Assembly: GCF_006345805.1 (NCBI RefSeq)
Contig: NC_043002.1
Location: 76,198,001-76,262,000 of the forward strand
Origin: Octopus sinensis
Taxonomy: Eukaryota
DNA length: 64,000 nt
Direction: 5' to 3'
The notes under the pieces: generated by a model
Database searches by the model: none
Told to the model about the DNA's origin: nothing
What the model saw: the letters and a program-made list of their open reading frames with translations, nothing else
Translations under genes and position numbers: made by a program
Shown: positions 53,669 through 64,000 of the stretch, in pieces
Numbering within the stretch: the stretch's first letter is position 1
Layout: the number at the start of each line of letters is the position of its first letter

Positions 53669-53993
53669 TTGCTATTATGTTAAACTATCGTATGTCCAAC
53701 TTTGGTCAAATGCATTTTAAATATTTATGTTTGCAATAGCTAGAGAGGGTGTGAATCAATACCCTAACGTGTCCAGTTCGATTATTTTACACTTCTGACA
53801 CTTTTTTGTTTCTTTGATCGATTCTCAAGGGATGCAAGGCAAATGTGACCTTTGGGTCATTTAAACTCACAGCAAATAGAATCGAACCAATGACCATGAA
53901 GCATTCAATCCAAACAAAGCTCTTGCGATTCTGCCAAACTGACATTTTTTACACACACACATGTGGTTGGGAAGCAGGCTTCTCACCACTCAG

Positions 53994-54058
<65 letters not shown>

Positions 54059-54550
54059 TAATAAATAAAACATATACATATATATATACATATATGTACG
54101 TACCCACCTCTACATGTATATATACACGCATATATGAGTACAGGACACCAAAAAAACGTCGAACACAATGAGAAACGAAAACATAGACACAAACCCAAGG
54201 AACTGGACATTTTTCTTAAACAACAAAAAAATAGAGTACAGGATAAATAACACAAGGAAAAAAAAAACCTTCTTCAGTCGCCATTGTTTCATCTACTATA
54301 CGTTTCGAAGGTGAAGGCGAGACGTATCTTCGAAAGAAACTTTCCTTCCTGCGAAAAGCAAATCAAATAAAATTTGAGATCTTTTTGCAGAGAGGTAAAA
54401 ATGGTAACAAAACCGTATGTATGTATGTATGTATGTATGTATGTATGTATGTATGTATGTATGTATGTATGTATGTATGTGTACATACATACATAATAAA
54501 CAATAGTTTAAAGTTTTAAGCACAGTATTTTGATGTGATCCGTATTTTAG

Positions 54551-54661
54551 AGAAAAACAGATGTCCGCGTTGTTTGTTGGAAGTTTTAAAGAAAATCGAC
54601 ATATTGTGGAACGGCTTTGCTAAAATTCAAACATGGTGGCTTGTACCGCCTATAGTTTCCG
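54551..54661 (+). CDS. Candidate exon (internal 111 nt, or a first exon with ATG at 54633)
   Basis: Strong donor CCG|GTAAGT at 54662 and acceptor TATTTTAG at 54543-54550. Phase 1-1 frame KNRCPRCLLEVLKKIDILWNGFAKIQTWWLVPPIVS, or alternatively a Kozak-like AAACATGG giving MVACTAYSF. Confidence 0.35.
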
Positions 54662-55281
54662 GTAAGTGTAAAATAAAGGCACCAGTTTCAAAGTAACATA
54701 TGATAGCTTAGGCTCCAATCACGAAGCTTAACGTTTAATAAAGTGTACGGGTAGTTTTCTTTTAGAACGGAATTGTAGCAAACGCTGTGAAATTCTTCTT
54801 GAATGGCAGCTATTTCCTAATAACCTTCTTGTTAATTAATCTTGTATGTAAGCGAGATAAGTGAAAGGAAACAATGGCTTATTGTGTCGGAGAATATATC
54901 CGATTGCTTTATCGTTTTTAGTACTGACTTAACGAGAACACGCTTCTATGAAACAGCAAGAGCGACATTTATATAGCAAAGACGCTGGATAGCTTGAGAG
55001 GCGTAAGTACAATCAGAGTTGAACTGGACACACATCATCAATGGTTATGAAAAGAGTGCTGTCTAGTCTGCAGGCTATATTGATTATTATAGATGGCAGG
55101 GTCGCTGTATTTAATAATGAATCATTTTAGCATAGAAAATGATTGAAAGTATCTAATTCAAGGGAAACATAGACAGCTAATATATAGATAGATATCACAC
55201 TGGTGAATTGATATTAAATTAGCCACTGAGAGATACGACGTGGATGTGTGTGAATGTGTGTGACTGTGTGTGTGTTTCTCT

Positions 55282-55352
<71 letters not shown>

Positions 55353-55611
55353 GATTAGTACATTATATTGTACTTGCATGAATTTGGAAATAAATGATTA
55401 TACGTACGTGTGAATGAGTGTATATGTCTGGTATGTATATGTATATATACATATATATATTTATACATATATATTATATACACATTCACATATATACATA
55501 TACATATACATATATATATATATAGATACATACATACATAACGGCATAAATCTACACATATACCCATTATCATTTGGAAATATATATATGCTATATAATT
55601 ATGATCTGCAA

Positions 55612-55642
55612 CAGTAGTAATAGTAGTAGTAGTAGTAGAAGC

Positions 55643-55728
<86 letters not shown>
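55612..55728. repeat. (AGT)n microsatellite
   Basis: Direct reading. Confidence 0.97.
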
Positions 55729-55731
<3 letters not shown>

Positions 55732-55799
55732 CAGATTCTCGCCACTTTGTATTCGGTGTATTTTGGCCATTATAGAATTATAGATAAATGTTTAACAAA

Positions 55800-56560
55800 A
55801 AAATGCTAAAGAGAAGCAAGAAGATCGATGGACATGTTCGGAAATAGCGATGTAATTCAAGAAAAAGTAACACGACCGGAAGGATAAACATGGTGGCTGT
55901 AAAAATAGAGAAATCATAGCCATAGAGAAGCTATGGGTTTGGTTGAAAGAAAAAGGGATAAAAACAGGGAACAAAAACCCTTATCACGGTTACACACAAG
56001 AGCAAACAATTGGAATTAAAATTATGGAAGCAAAATTGACAAAACCAACATGATAATAGCGTTGAATGTTTGGTCAAGTAGGTGGAAGTTCTGAATTATC
56101 TTTTTGTGTGAATATGCCAAGATGACAACACAAAGAATCCCAAAACTAGAATGATAGGATACGGACACAAAGACACTCGGAAGTTTTCAAGGAATTTCGT
56201 TTGGAAATATATCGAAAATTGCTACCAACAAAAGCCAGAAGCTGTTGTTGAAAAAGACTGCTTGTAGGATCTTATGGGATTTCTCGCTGGAATTTCATTG
56301 TATAAAATGAACTGAAGAAATCTGATATGATTGTAAAAGAGGAAAATGGTATGTAATGACAGAATTTGCTTAACGAAATCCAAACTAAAGGGAAAAAATT
56401 GAAATGTATCTGGATTTCACCATAATACTGAAAATTGGGATATGTTAGATAAAGTTGGCGGAATTCATAGGTGAATTTCACGGTAGCCATTACAAAAGTT
56501 ATCACCATTGTCATGTGTGTTGGGGGAAACAATACCAAAACGGATGCTCGAAAGATGGAA
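55800..56560 (+). pseudogene. Ancient decayed R4/Dong-like RLE LINE 3' region
   Basis: WKYIENCYQQKPEAVVEKDC-RILWDFSL and VITIVMCVLGETIPK parallel WWEHKPPPVLENDHISLLWNFTI and TIPVVIGALGMIAK of the element at 30206-31018. Confidence 0.6.
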
Positions 56561-56719
56561 AAACATTAGAATTTTGACCCAGAAATTTGTAATCTTTTCT
56601 TCTGCGAGAATCAGTCTGAAAGGTATTTGGTTGTTGAAGAGAAATTTAAGAGTGCGCGTGTCTGTGATCGCTTTCTCGTTGCATTTCTGTAATTTAAACA
56701 CACACAGGTCATTATCTTG

Positions 56720-56900
56720 TTTTGGCGTTTTAGACTGTCCAGTTTCCTGTTTAACTTATAAGGTGAGCTTCAAATGCGAACGAAGCATGTGGCCCAACCA
56801 TTTCCATCTACTTTTTGTTATTCCTTCACTTATAATTGATTCTTTCGTTGTGTCTCGAATGACTTCATTTCTCAAAAAACATATATTTGATAACCAACAT
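56720..56900 (-). pseudogene. RTE-like LINE remnant
   Basis: GITKSRWKWLGHMLRS (56776-56825) matches the RTE I-RRR--W-GHV-RM motif. Confidence 0.55.
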
Positions 56901-57838
56901 CCTTTGTTATTCGTTATTTGTAGACACTAAAACAATTGCCTATAATTTGTTTATTAATTGAATCTATTCTGAGTATATTCTATATACTGGTCTCAAATTT
57001 TGACATCAGGCCAGCAAATTCGGAAGAGGGCAGTAAGTTGATTACACCAGCCCCCAGTACTTGAGTGGTATTTATTTTATCGAAACCGGAAGGATGACAA
57101 GTAAGGTCAACCCTTGGTGGAATTTGATCTCAAAATGTAAAGATTGATGAAAAGCCGTTAAGCATCTGCCCTGCGCAGTAACGATTCTGCCAGCTCGCCA
57201 TCTTCAATTTATTCTATATATCAAAAGCAATAAAAATTAATGCTTATACACAGTAGAATTCCTATAGATTTGAGAGGATTCGCATTTTCCTATAAGTATC
57301 TTTAGACGTCCATTAAATTCAGATTTTTAGGACCAATAACTATCCATACAAATTGGATGATATATATTTAACTATTTCAATTTTTCTCTAATCTCTGCTT
57401 ATTTTATCAAGCTGCATTTTGCTATTTCGTTACTAAAACATCAATGTTATCAGAATAATCCAAACCTGTTAAAAACTTTCCATAAATACATTCATTTCAT
57501 TATTTTCCATCTGCGATTCTTTGCCAGAACAGCAAACAAGTGGGGCTGTAGAACACATCCTTACATCATTCTAGTCCTAAATTTAAAAATGAAACACCAT
57601 GCGGATATGCAATAGCACAGTATGTTGCCACAGAAAATTCGAAGTCTAACACATCCTGCAACGGCAAATATTCTTTCCAGAAATCTATCCTACAAAAGTA
57701 ACAAAAGAGACAGTGTCCCTACGATCTTCACAATTTAGCTCATATATATATATGTGTGCGTGTGGTTGTGTGTGTGTCTGTGTGTGTATTCATTAATATG
57801 TACACACACACACACACACAACACACACACACACACAC

Positions 57839-57890
<52 letters not shown>

Positions 57891-57943
57891 TATATATATA
57901 TATATATAGTTGGAAATGGATGCGTGCCGATCAGTTATATGCT

Positions 57944-58226
57944 GAGACCCCCTTCGGCCATGACTGACCCTGGATTGCACCTAGAAAGTTAATCTCCCAG
58001 GCACAAGTCCGGGCAAGGTTGTTTATGGAAGGCCAGCAGTCGACCATGCATAGCAGCCTCCCCTCTCCACGCCATCTTTATCCGCGGGAAAGGCAAAGGC
58101 CGATACAGCTTGGCACCTGTGACGTCGCAACTAATTTCTACAGCTGAGTGAACTGGAGCAACGTGAAATAAAGTGTCTTGCTCAAGAACACAACACGCAG
58201 CCCGGTCCGGGATTCGAACTCACAAC
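57944..58226 (-). mobile_element. SINE family E (5'-truncated)
   Basis: Reverse complement of the 12876-13208 body. Confidence 0.88.
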
Positions 58227-58825
58227 AGTTCGTTTTCACTGTACTGTTTTTGTTACCAGCTTTGACCCTCTGCAAATCCCAATTAATATTTTGCTTTACT
58301 GGAGCAACTGTTTTCACGAAGATACATATCTGTGTGTGTATTGACATAGAAATACATTGTCGTAATTGATCAAAATGTGGAGTAGATAAACAGCCGACAA
58401 CTGACGAAGGGCCGTTCTTTATGTTACTTGTCTTGTTTTCCATTTGTTTCTTTCGTTGTACGCAACAAAGTTCGTATTCCATGTATTCATATTTCGTATT
58501 TCATGTTATTTACGTTTTACGATGTCCTGTACCCATATATGCATGTGTATATACATATATTGTAAGTATGTACATATATGTATGTATATAAGCATATATA
58601 TATATATTATTTATATGTATATATACATAAACTTGTATACACACACATATTTATACATGTATATAAGGTATTGGCTTGCATAACATAATACACGACACAC
58701 ATCTATATGTCTGTTTGTGTGTGTATGTATGTGTATGTGTGCGTGAGTGCGTGTATGTTCATATATATACATAAATATCTAAACATAGGCCTATTTATTC
58801 ATGCATTTATATACATATATATAAA

Positions 58826-60065
58826 GTGGGTGCGTAACGTATTTGAAGACATACCTTTTGGGGGTCATTGCTGTATTTTTTGCTCATTCTGTATAATCAT
58901 TGTTTCAGAAAATAATAATGGTAGACCCTCAGCTTACTCAAGAAATGAAGAGGCATGCTGTTATTGTGGTTATAAAGGCTGAGCATTGCGATTTAGAAAC
59001 ATCTCGATTTTTAAATGTTGCCAGATCTTTCGTCTACAAAGTTTGTAAGGAGCTAGAGACTGAAGATGGAAACGTATGACTAGTATCAAAGCATAAAAAG
59101 CATTCTAAACGCTCTGAAATCATCAGAACACTCGAATTTATCCAAGTTCAACAGACCATTGATTACAATCCCGAAAAGCCCATGAGGTCAATTGCAAAAT
59201 ATTTCCATGTGTCAGAAGGAATAGTCAGAAATGTTGTCCACGAAGACATCAGATTTAAGTGTTATATGATGAGGAAAGGTCAATTTGTCTGAAAATGCAA
59301 AAGAAAATAACTACATCAAATCTAAAAGTTTCTTTGACAAACTGAAAAATCCAGCAGAAGATTTGATTTGGTTTTTCTCAAACAAGAAAGACTTCAACCA
59401 AGATCAAAAACTTAACAGAAGAAATGATAGATGGTTATGTGCAGACCCTTCTGAAGTTCCAAGTGTTATGCATACGAAATTTCCTGCAAATGTCATGGTC
59501 TTAGGGGTTGTCAGCAATGACAGACATGTAATGCCTCATTACTTCTTTCCACAAGGCCTTAGAGTTAAATCTGCCGCCTACATTGAGGTTCTGCAAATAA
59601 TTGTTAAGCCCTGGATAGACAACGTATGCAATGGAAGTCCATATGAGTTTCAGTAAGACTCTGCAGTATCACACATGGCTCTAGTAACACAGGAGTGGAG
59701 AGCTGAAAGTTTTCATGATCACATAACCCCTACCATTTGGCCTCCTAATTCAATCCATTGGAATATTACATGTAGAGCGTTTTTGAAAGAGAGATCAATG
59801 AACATGCCCATAACACTAAAGATTTTTTGGAGCCTGCAATAGTCAGAGTAATGTCGAATATGAACCAGGATCACTTGATTCGAGCATGTAGATGATTTAG
59901 ATCTCATATAGAAGCAGTTGTTGAAGCTGAAGATGGATTTATTGAATAACATTATAGAAATGGTTTACTTGTATCGTCATAGTATTTTTTGATAAATAAA
60001 TTTATCTGTTATTATATATCTGTTTATGTATAATCATAAATCTGTCCTCAAATATATTACGCACC

Positions 60066-60068
<3 letters not shown>
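58826..60068 (+). mobile_element. Full-length decayed Tc1/mariner transposon, maT (DD37D-like)
   Basis: TIRs GGGTGCGTAACGTATTTGAAGACA / TGTCCTCAAATATATTACGCACCCTG in a TA context. Transposase from ATG 58918 (MVDPQLTQEMKRHAVIV) with WFFSNKKDF, MVLGVVS, FQ*DSAVSH and WPPNS..NPLEY, carrying stops and a ~10-nt deletion. Confidence 0.93.
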
Positions 60069-60109
<41 letters not shown>

Positions 60110-60123
60110 ATATATATATATAT

Positions 60124-60208
<85 letters not shown>

Positions 60209-60856
60209 TACATGTATGCATATACATAATTCTATATATGTATATATGTGTGTTTATTTGTATGTATGTAAGAGAGAGAAAAACTGGAGGAGAGTTACTG
60301 TTGATCAACTTAAGCATACATCCTTAGAAGCATGCACACAAATTATATAGATAGATAGGTAGATAGACAGATAGATAGATAGATATATACATATCTATAC
60401 AAATATACATACATACATATATATTTATATATATATATATATATGTACACACGCACATATACATGTAATGTATATATAAACACACCTACATACCCACACA
60501 CATACACACATAAACACACACACACACATACACAAGACGCGCGCGCGCTCACACACAATGCACACAGTAATGGCTTTCCTCAAATGGAGTGGAACTTGAC
60601 AAAGAAATGCTCCCTGATACCAAAGAGAATCTACAAATATAGAAATACTACTCATTCTATTATATTTTTTTTTATTTTTCTTGTTATGTTCTCTTATGTT
60701 TATATTTTTTGTTTAGTTTACTTTTATTTTTGGGTTTTTTTCCTCCTCGCCGTTCTTTCTTTTTCCTTTTCTGCTTATTTCCCACCCACCCACCCACCCC
60801 CTTTTTATTTTATTTTTTATTTTTGTTTTTTTGTGTTTATGTCTGCCTTTTGGCAG

Positions 60857-60917
60857 GCGATATTCAGTATGATTGTTTAATGAAACGATGCTTCCAGAAG
60901 ATCTTTACTAAACTTAT
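60857..60917 (+). CDS. Candidate 61-nt exon
   Basis: Long T-rich tract ending CCTTTTGGCAG; only one frame is open, (G)DIQYDCLMKRCFQKIFTKL; donor TAT|GTAAAT. Confidence 0.3.
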
Positions 60918-60921
60918 GTAA

Positions 60922-60966
<45 letters not shown>

Positions 60967-61072
60967 GGTATTTGTGCATATACAGACCGACGAGAGTACA
61001 TATAAGGTCTTGTGTTAGGTATTCGATTCCTGTGCAGACAAAACAACCAAACACATAAAGTGTATGTAAATG

Positions 61073-61108
<36 letters not shown>

Positions 61109-61402
61109 CGTGTGTCTGTCTGTCTTTCTGTATTCCCACACACTCGCACATATATCACTATAAATATATTTGCGCAATACGCGTGTTTGTGTGTGTATAC
61201 TACTGCTACTATTATTATTATTATTATTATTGTTGTTATTGTTGTTGTTGTTGTTGTTGTTATTATTACATGTGTATATATGCATGTGTATGCGTGTGTG
61301 TGTTTGTGTGTGTGTGTGTGGTGTGTGTGTACGTGTAAATGTATATCTATATCAATACACACACAGATATGTCTATGTATACAAAATATAGATATTTTTG
61401 CG

Positions 61403-61453
<51 letters not shown>

Positions 61454-61834
61454 CATATGCATATGTATATGTGTGTGTATGTGTGTGTGAGTGTATATAT
61501 AAATGATTCTGTGTATATATAAATATATAATCAATACACGCACCTATATGTATATATACACGTGCCTATGAGTGTTTTGTTTGCGTTGTGTATATGTGAG
61601 TGTGTGCGCTCGCGTGTGTGTGCGTGTGTGTGCGTGTGTAAATGAGTAGGGTGTATAGTTGAGTGGTTAACGAAATTCGCCTCAAAATAATGAGGACCCA
61701 GTTTCGATCACACAGTATGGCATCTTGAGCAATTGTACAAAGTCTTTCCTAACTTTTTCTATGAAATTGCAGAGATAGAAACCGTATATAACACCTCGCT
61801 GGTTGGACTTGACCCGCAGTAGCATCCGTCAGTT

Positions 61835-62385
61835 GCGTCGACGAGTGTCCCAATCCATTCGATCAACAGAACAGCCTGTGCCCGTGAAATTAATTTGAAT
61901 GTGGCAGAGTACTCCACAGATATGCGTAACCTTAACGTTCTTTTCAAAGAGATTCAGCATGATACAGACTGTGACAAGGCTGACCCTTAGAAATACAGGT
62001 ACTACTCATTTTTGCCAGCTGAGCGGGCTGAAATAATTTGAAATAAAATGTCTTGCTCAAGGACATAAATCGTTGCCGGGATTCGAACTCACGCCCTTAC
62101 GATCGTGAGCCGAATATCCTAATCACTAAGCCACGCGCTTTTACACTATATCTGTAATTAGGGGCAGTCTTAAGTAATTATCTTTTACTTTTTATCGTTT
62201 ACTTGTTTCAGTCATTGGACTGCGGCCATGCTAGAGCACCACTTTCAAGGATTTTAGTCAAACACATCAACCCCAATACATAATATCAAATTTGGTATTT
62301 ATTCTATCGGTCCTTTTTGCCGAACCCCTAAATTACAGGGACGCAAACAAATTAACACCGGTTCTCAAACGGTGGCGGACGCGTC
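61835..62385 (-). mobile_element. SINE B (61835-62140) and SINE D 3' half (62190-62385)
   Basis: Reverse complements of the family heads and tails described above. Confidence 0.8.
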
Positions 62386-62434
62386 AAACAGAAGTAACCA
62401 CCCTCACAAAAAAAACAAATGCACACATACATAC

Positions 62435-62470
<36 letters not shown>

Positions 62471-62487
62471 TTATATATATATATATA

Positions 62488-63270
62488 TCCACTCAGTTTC
62501 CGTCTAGGAAATTCACACACGAGTCATTACTCGATCCGAAGCCTAAGGAGCAGTAGGACTGAACCTGTAACCACATGGATACAAAACAGGCTTCTTACCC
62601 ATAACGGTCATGCCTGAGCCTATAGCTTTAGCCACATACGCCATGATTCAATGAGAAAGTAAATTAAGTATATCAAACAACTGGAATAGTCATCGTCGAC
62701 GAAGACGGAGATCCCCATAATGTGTATAAAAAGCAAATAATACCAAAATAAATAGTTAAACAAATGAATGCAACGAAAAAAAAACCATAAAAATTCAGAT
62801 GTAAGTTCTTGGGGAAAAAAAAAAAAAACCTTCTCAATTGGAATAAAATGCAAGTAGAAAGCTTGCAGGCCAGAATTAGTTCCCTCAATAACTTTCTAAA
62901 CCATCAAGTAAATGGTCTCTTCTAGTTTTGGTCTTTCGTTCCACATGTTTTATTTCGTTTTATTTCTTTGGTTCAATTTTTTTTTTCTTTCCCTTTCGCT
63001 GTCATACTATCCAACCTACCCAAACCGCTACGTTTTTTGGAACATTTCTTCTTTGTTCAATGTTTGCTGTTGATGTGTATATGGTGGTGGTGGTGGTGGT
63101 CGTGGTGGAGAAGGAGGTGGTGTTAGTTTTTCTGTTATTGTTTTTTTGTTTTGTTGTTTGGTTTTTTTTTTTGTTTCACCTAAGTGAAATTATTTTTGTC
63201 AACTCTTTTTCACTGACATTAGAAAAACACAAACTTTCTCCCTCTTTCACACACACACGCACACACGCAC

Positions 63271-63312
<42 letters not shown>

Positions 63313-63411
63313 AAGTATAGGCATACATACGGACAAAACTGCACATTCGCATAGACATATCACCTATTTTTATGTACACAGCATACAAATACAACTATAT
63401 TTGTGTAATAT

Positions 63412-63487
<76 letters not shown>

Positions 63488-64000
63488 CCACTCAGTTTCC
63501 GTCTAGGAAATTCACACACGAGTCATTACTCGATCCGAAGCCTAAGGAGCAGTAGGACTGAACCTGTAACCACATGGATACAAAACAGGCTTCTTACCCA
63601 TAACGGTCATGCCTGAGCCTATAGCTTAGCCACATACGCCATGATTCAATGAGAAAGTAATTAAGTATATCAAACAACTGGAATAGTCATCGTCGACGAA
63701 GACGGAGATCCCCATAATGTGTATAAAAAGCAAATAATACCAAAATAAATAGTTAAACAAATGAATGCAACGAAAAAAAAACCATAAAAATTCAGATGTA
63801 AGTTCTTGGGGAAAAAAAAAAAAAAACCTTCTCAATTGGAATAAAATGCAAGTAGAAAGCTTGCAGGCCAGAATTAGTTCCCTCAATAACTTTCTAAACC
63901 ATCAAGTAAATGGTCTCTTCTAGTTTTGGTCTTTCGTTCCACATGTTTTATTTCGTTTTATTTCTTGGTTCAATTTTTTTTTCTTTCCCTTTCGCTGTCA
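62488..64000. repeat. Near-identical tandem duplication, ~999-bp period (second copy from 63487, cut by the window end)
   Basis: CCACTCAGTTTCCGTCTAGG...CCCTTTCGCTGTCA is repeated with only 1-bp homopolymer indels; the boundaries lie in (TA)n. Confidence 0.95.

Noticed and set aside
62660-62765. Peptide VYQTTGIVIVDEDGDPHNVYKKQIIPK*
   Set aside because: Bounded by stops with no credible acceptor or start.

Overview
AT-rich eukaryotic DNA that is almost entirely microsatellites and transposable-element debris. The SINE families resemble, from memory, the abundant tRNA-derived SINEs of Octopus, so an octopod cephalopod intronic or intergenic region is inferred. No recognisable host protein-coding gene, rRNA, true tRNA or CRISPR array is present, and nearly all ORF-track ORFs are microsatellite or repeat artefacts. 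Supported elements: (1) a nearly full-length but frameshifted R4/Dong-clade RLE non-LTR retrotransposon inside a (TAA)n tract (29987-33662, minus), with a second 5'-truncated copy in tandem; (2) a Penelope-like RT-thumb/GIY-YIG remnant (52618-53583, minus); (3) a full-length decayed Tc1/mariner maT (DD37D-like) transposon (58826-60068); (4) Tc1-type and hAT-type MITEs with clear TIRs and TSDs; (5) RTE, CR1/L2 and RLE LINE remnants; (6) dozens of SINEs from about six families. The most notable observations are minimal hammerhead-ribozyme-like motifs in Penelope-type terminal repeats, two of which adjoin fold-back inverted repeats (a 36-bp hairpin and a ~150-bp-arm inverted duplication). Also notable are (AAT)n-to-(ATT)n polarity switches associated with Dong 3' ends, two near-identical tandem duplications bounded by (TA)n (possibly assembly artefacts), and a few unidentified plus-strand candidate exons. 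None of these is proven to be a new system; they are hypotheses to test.
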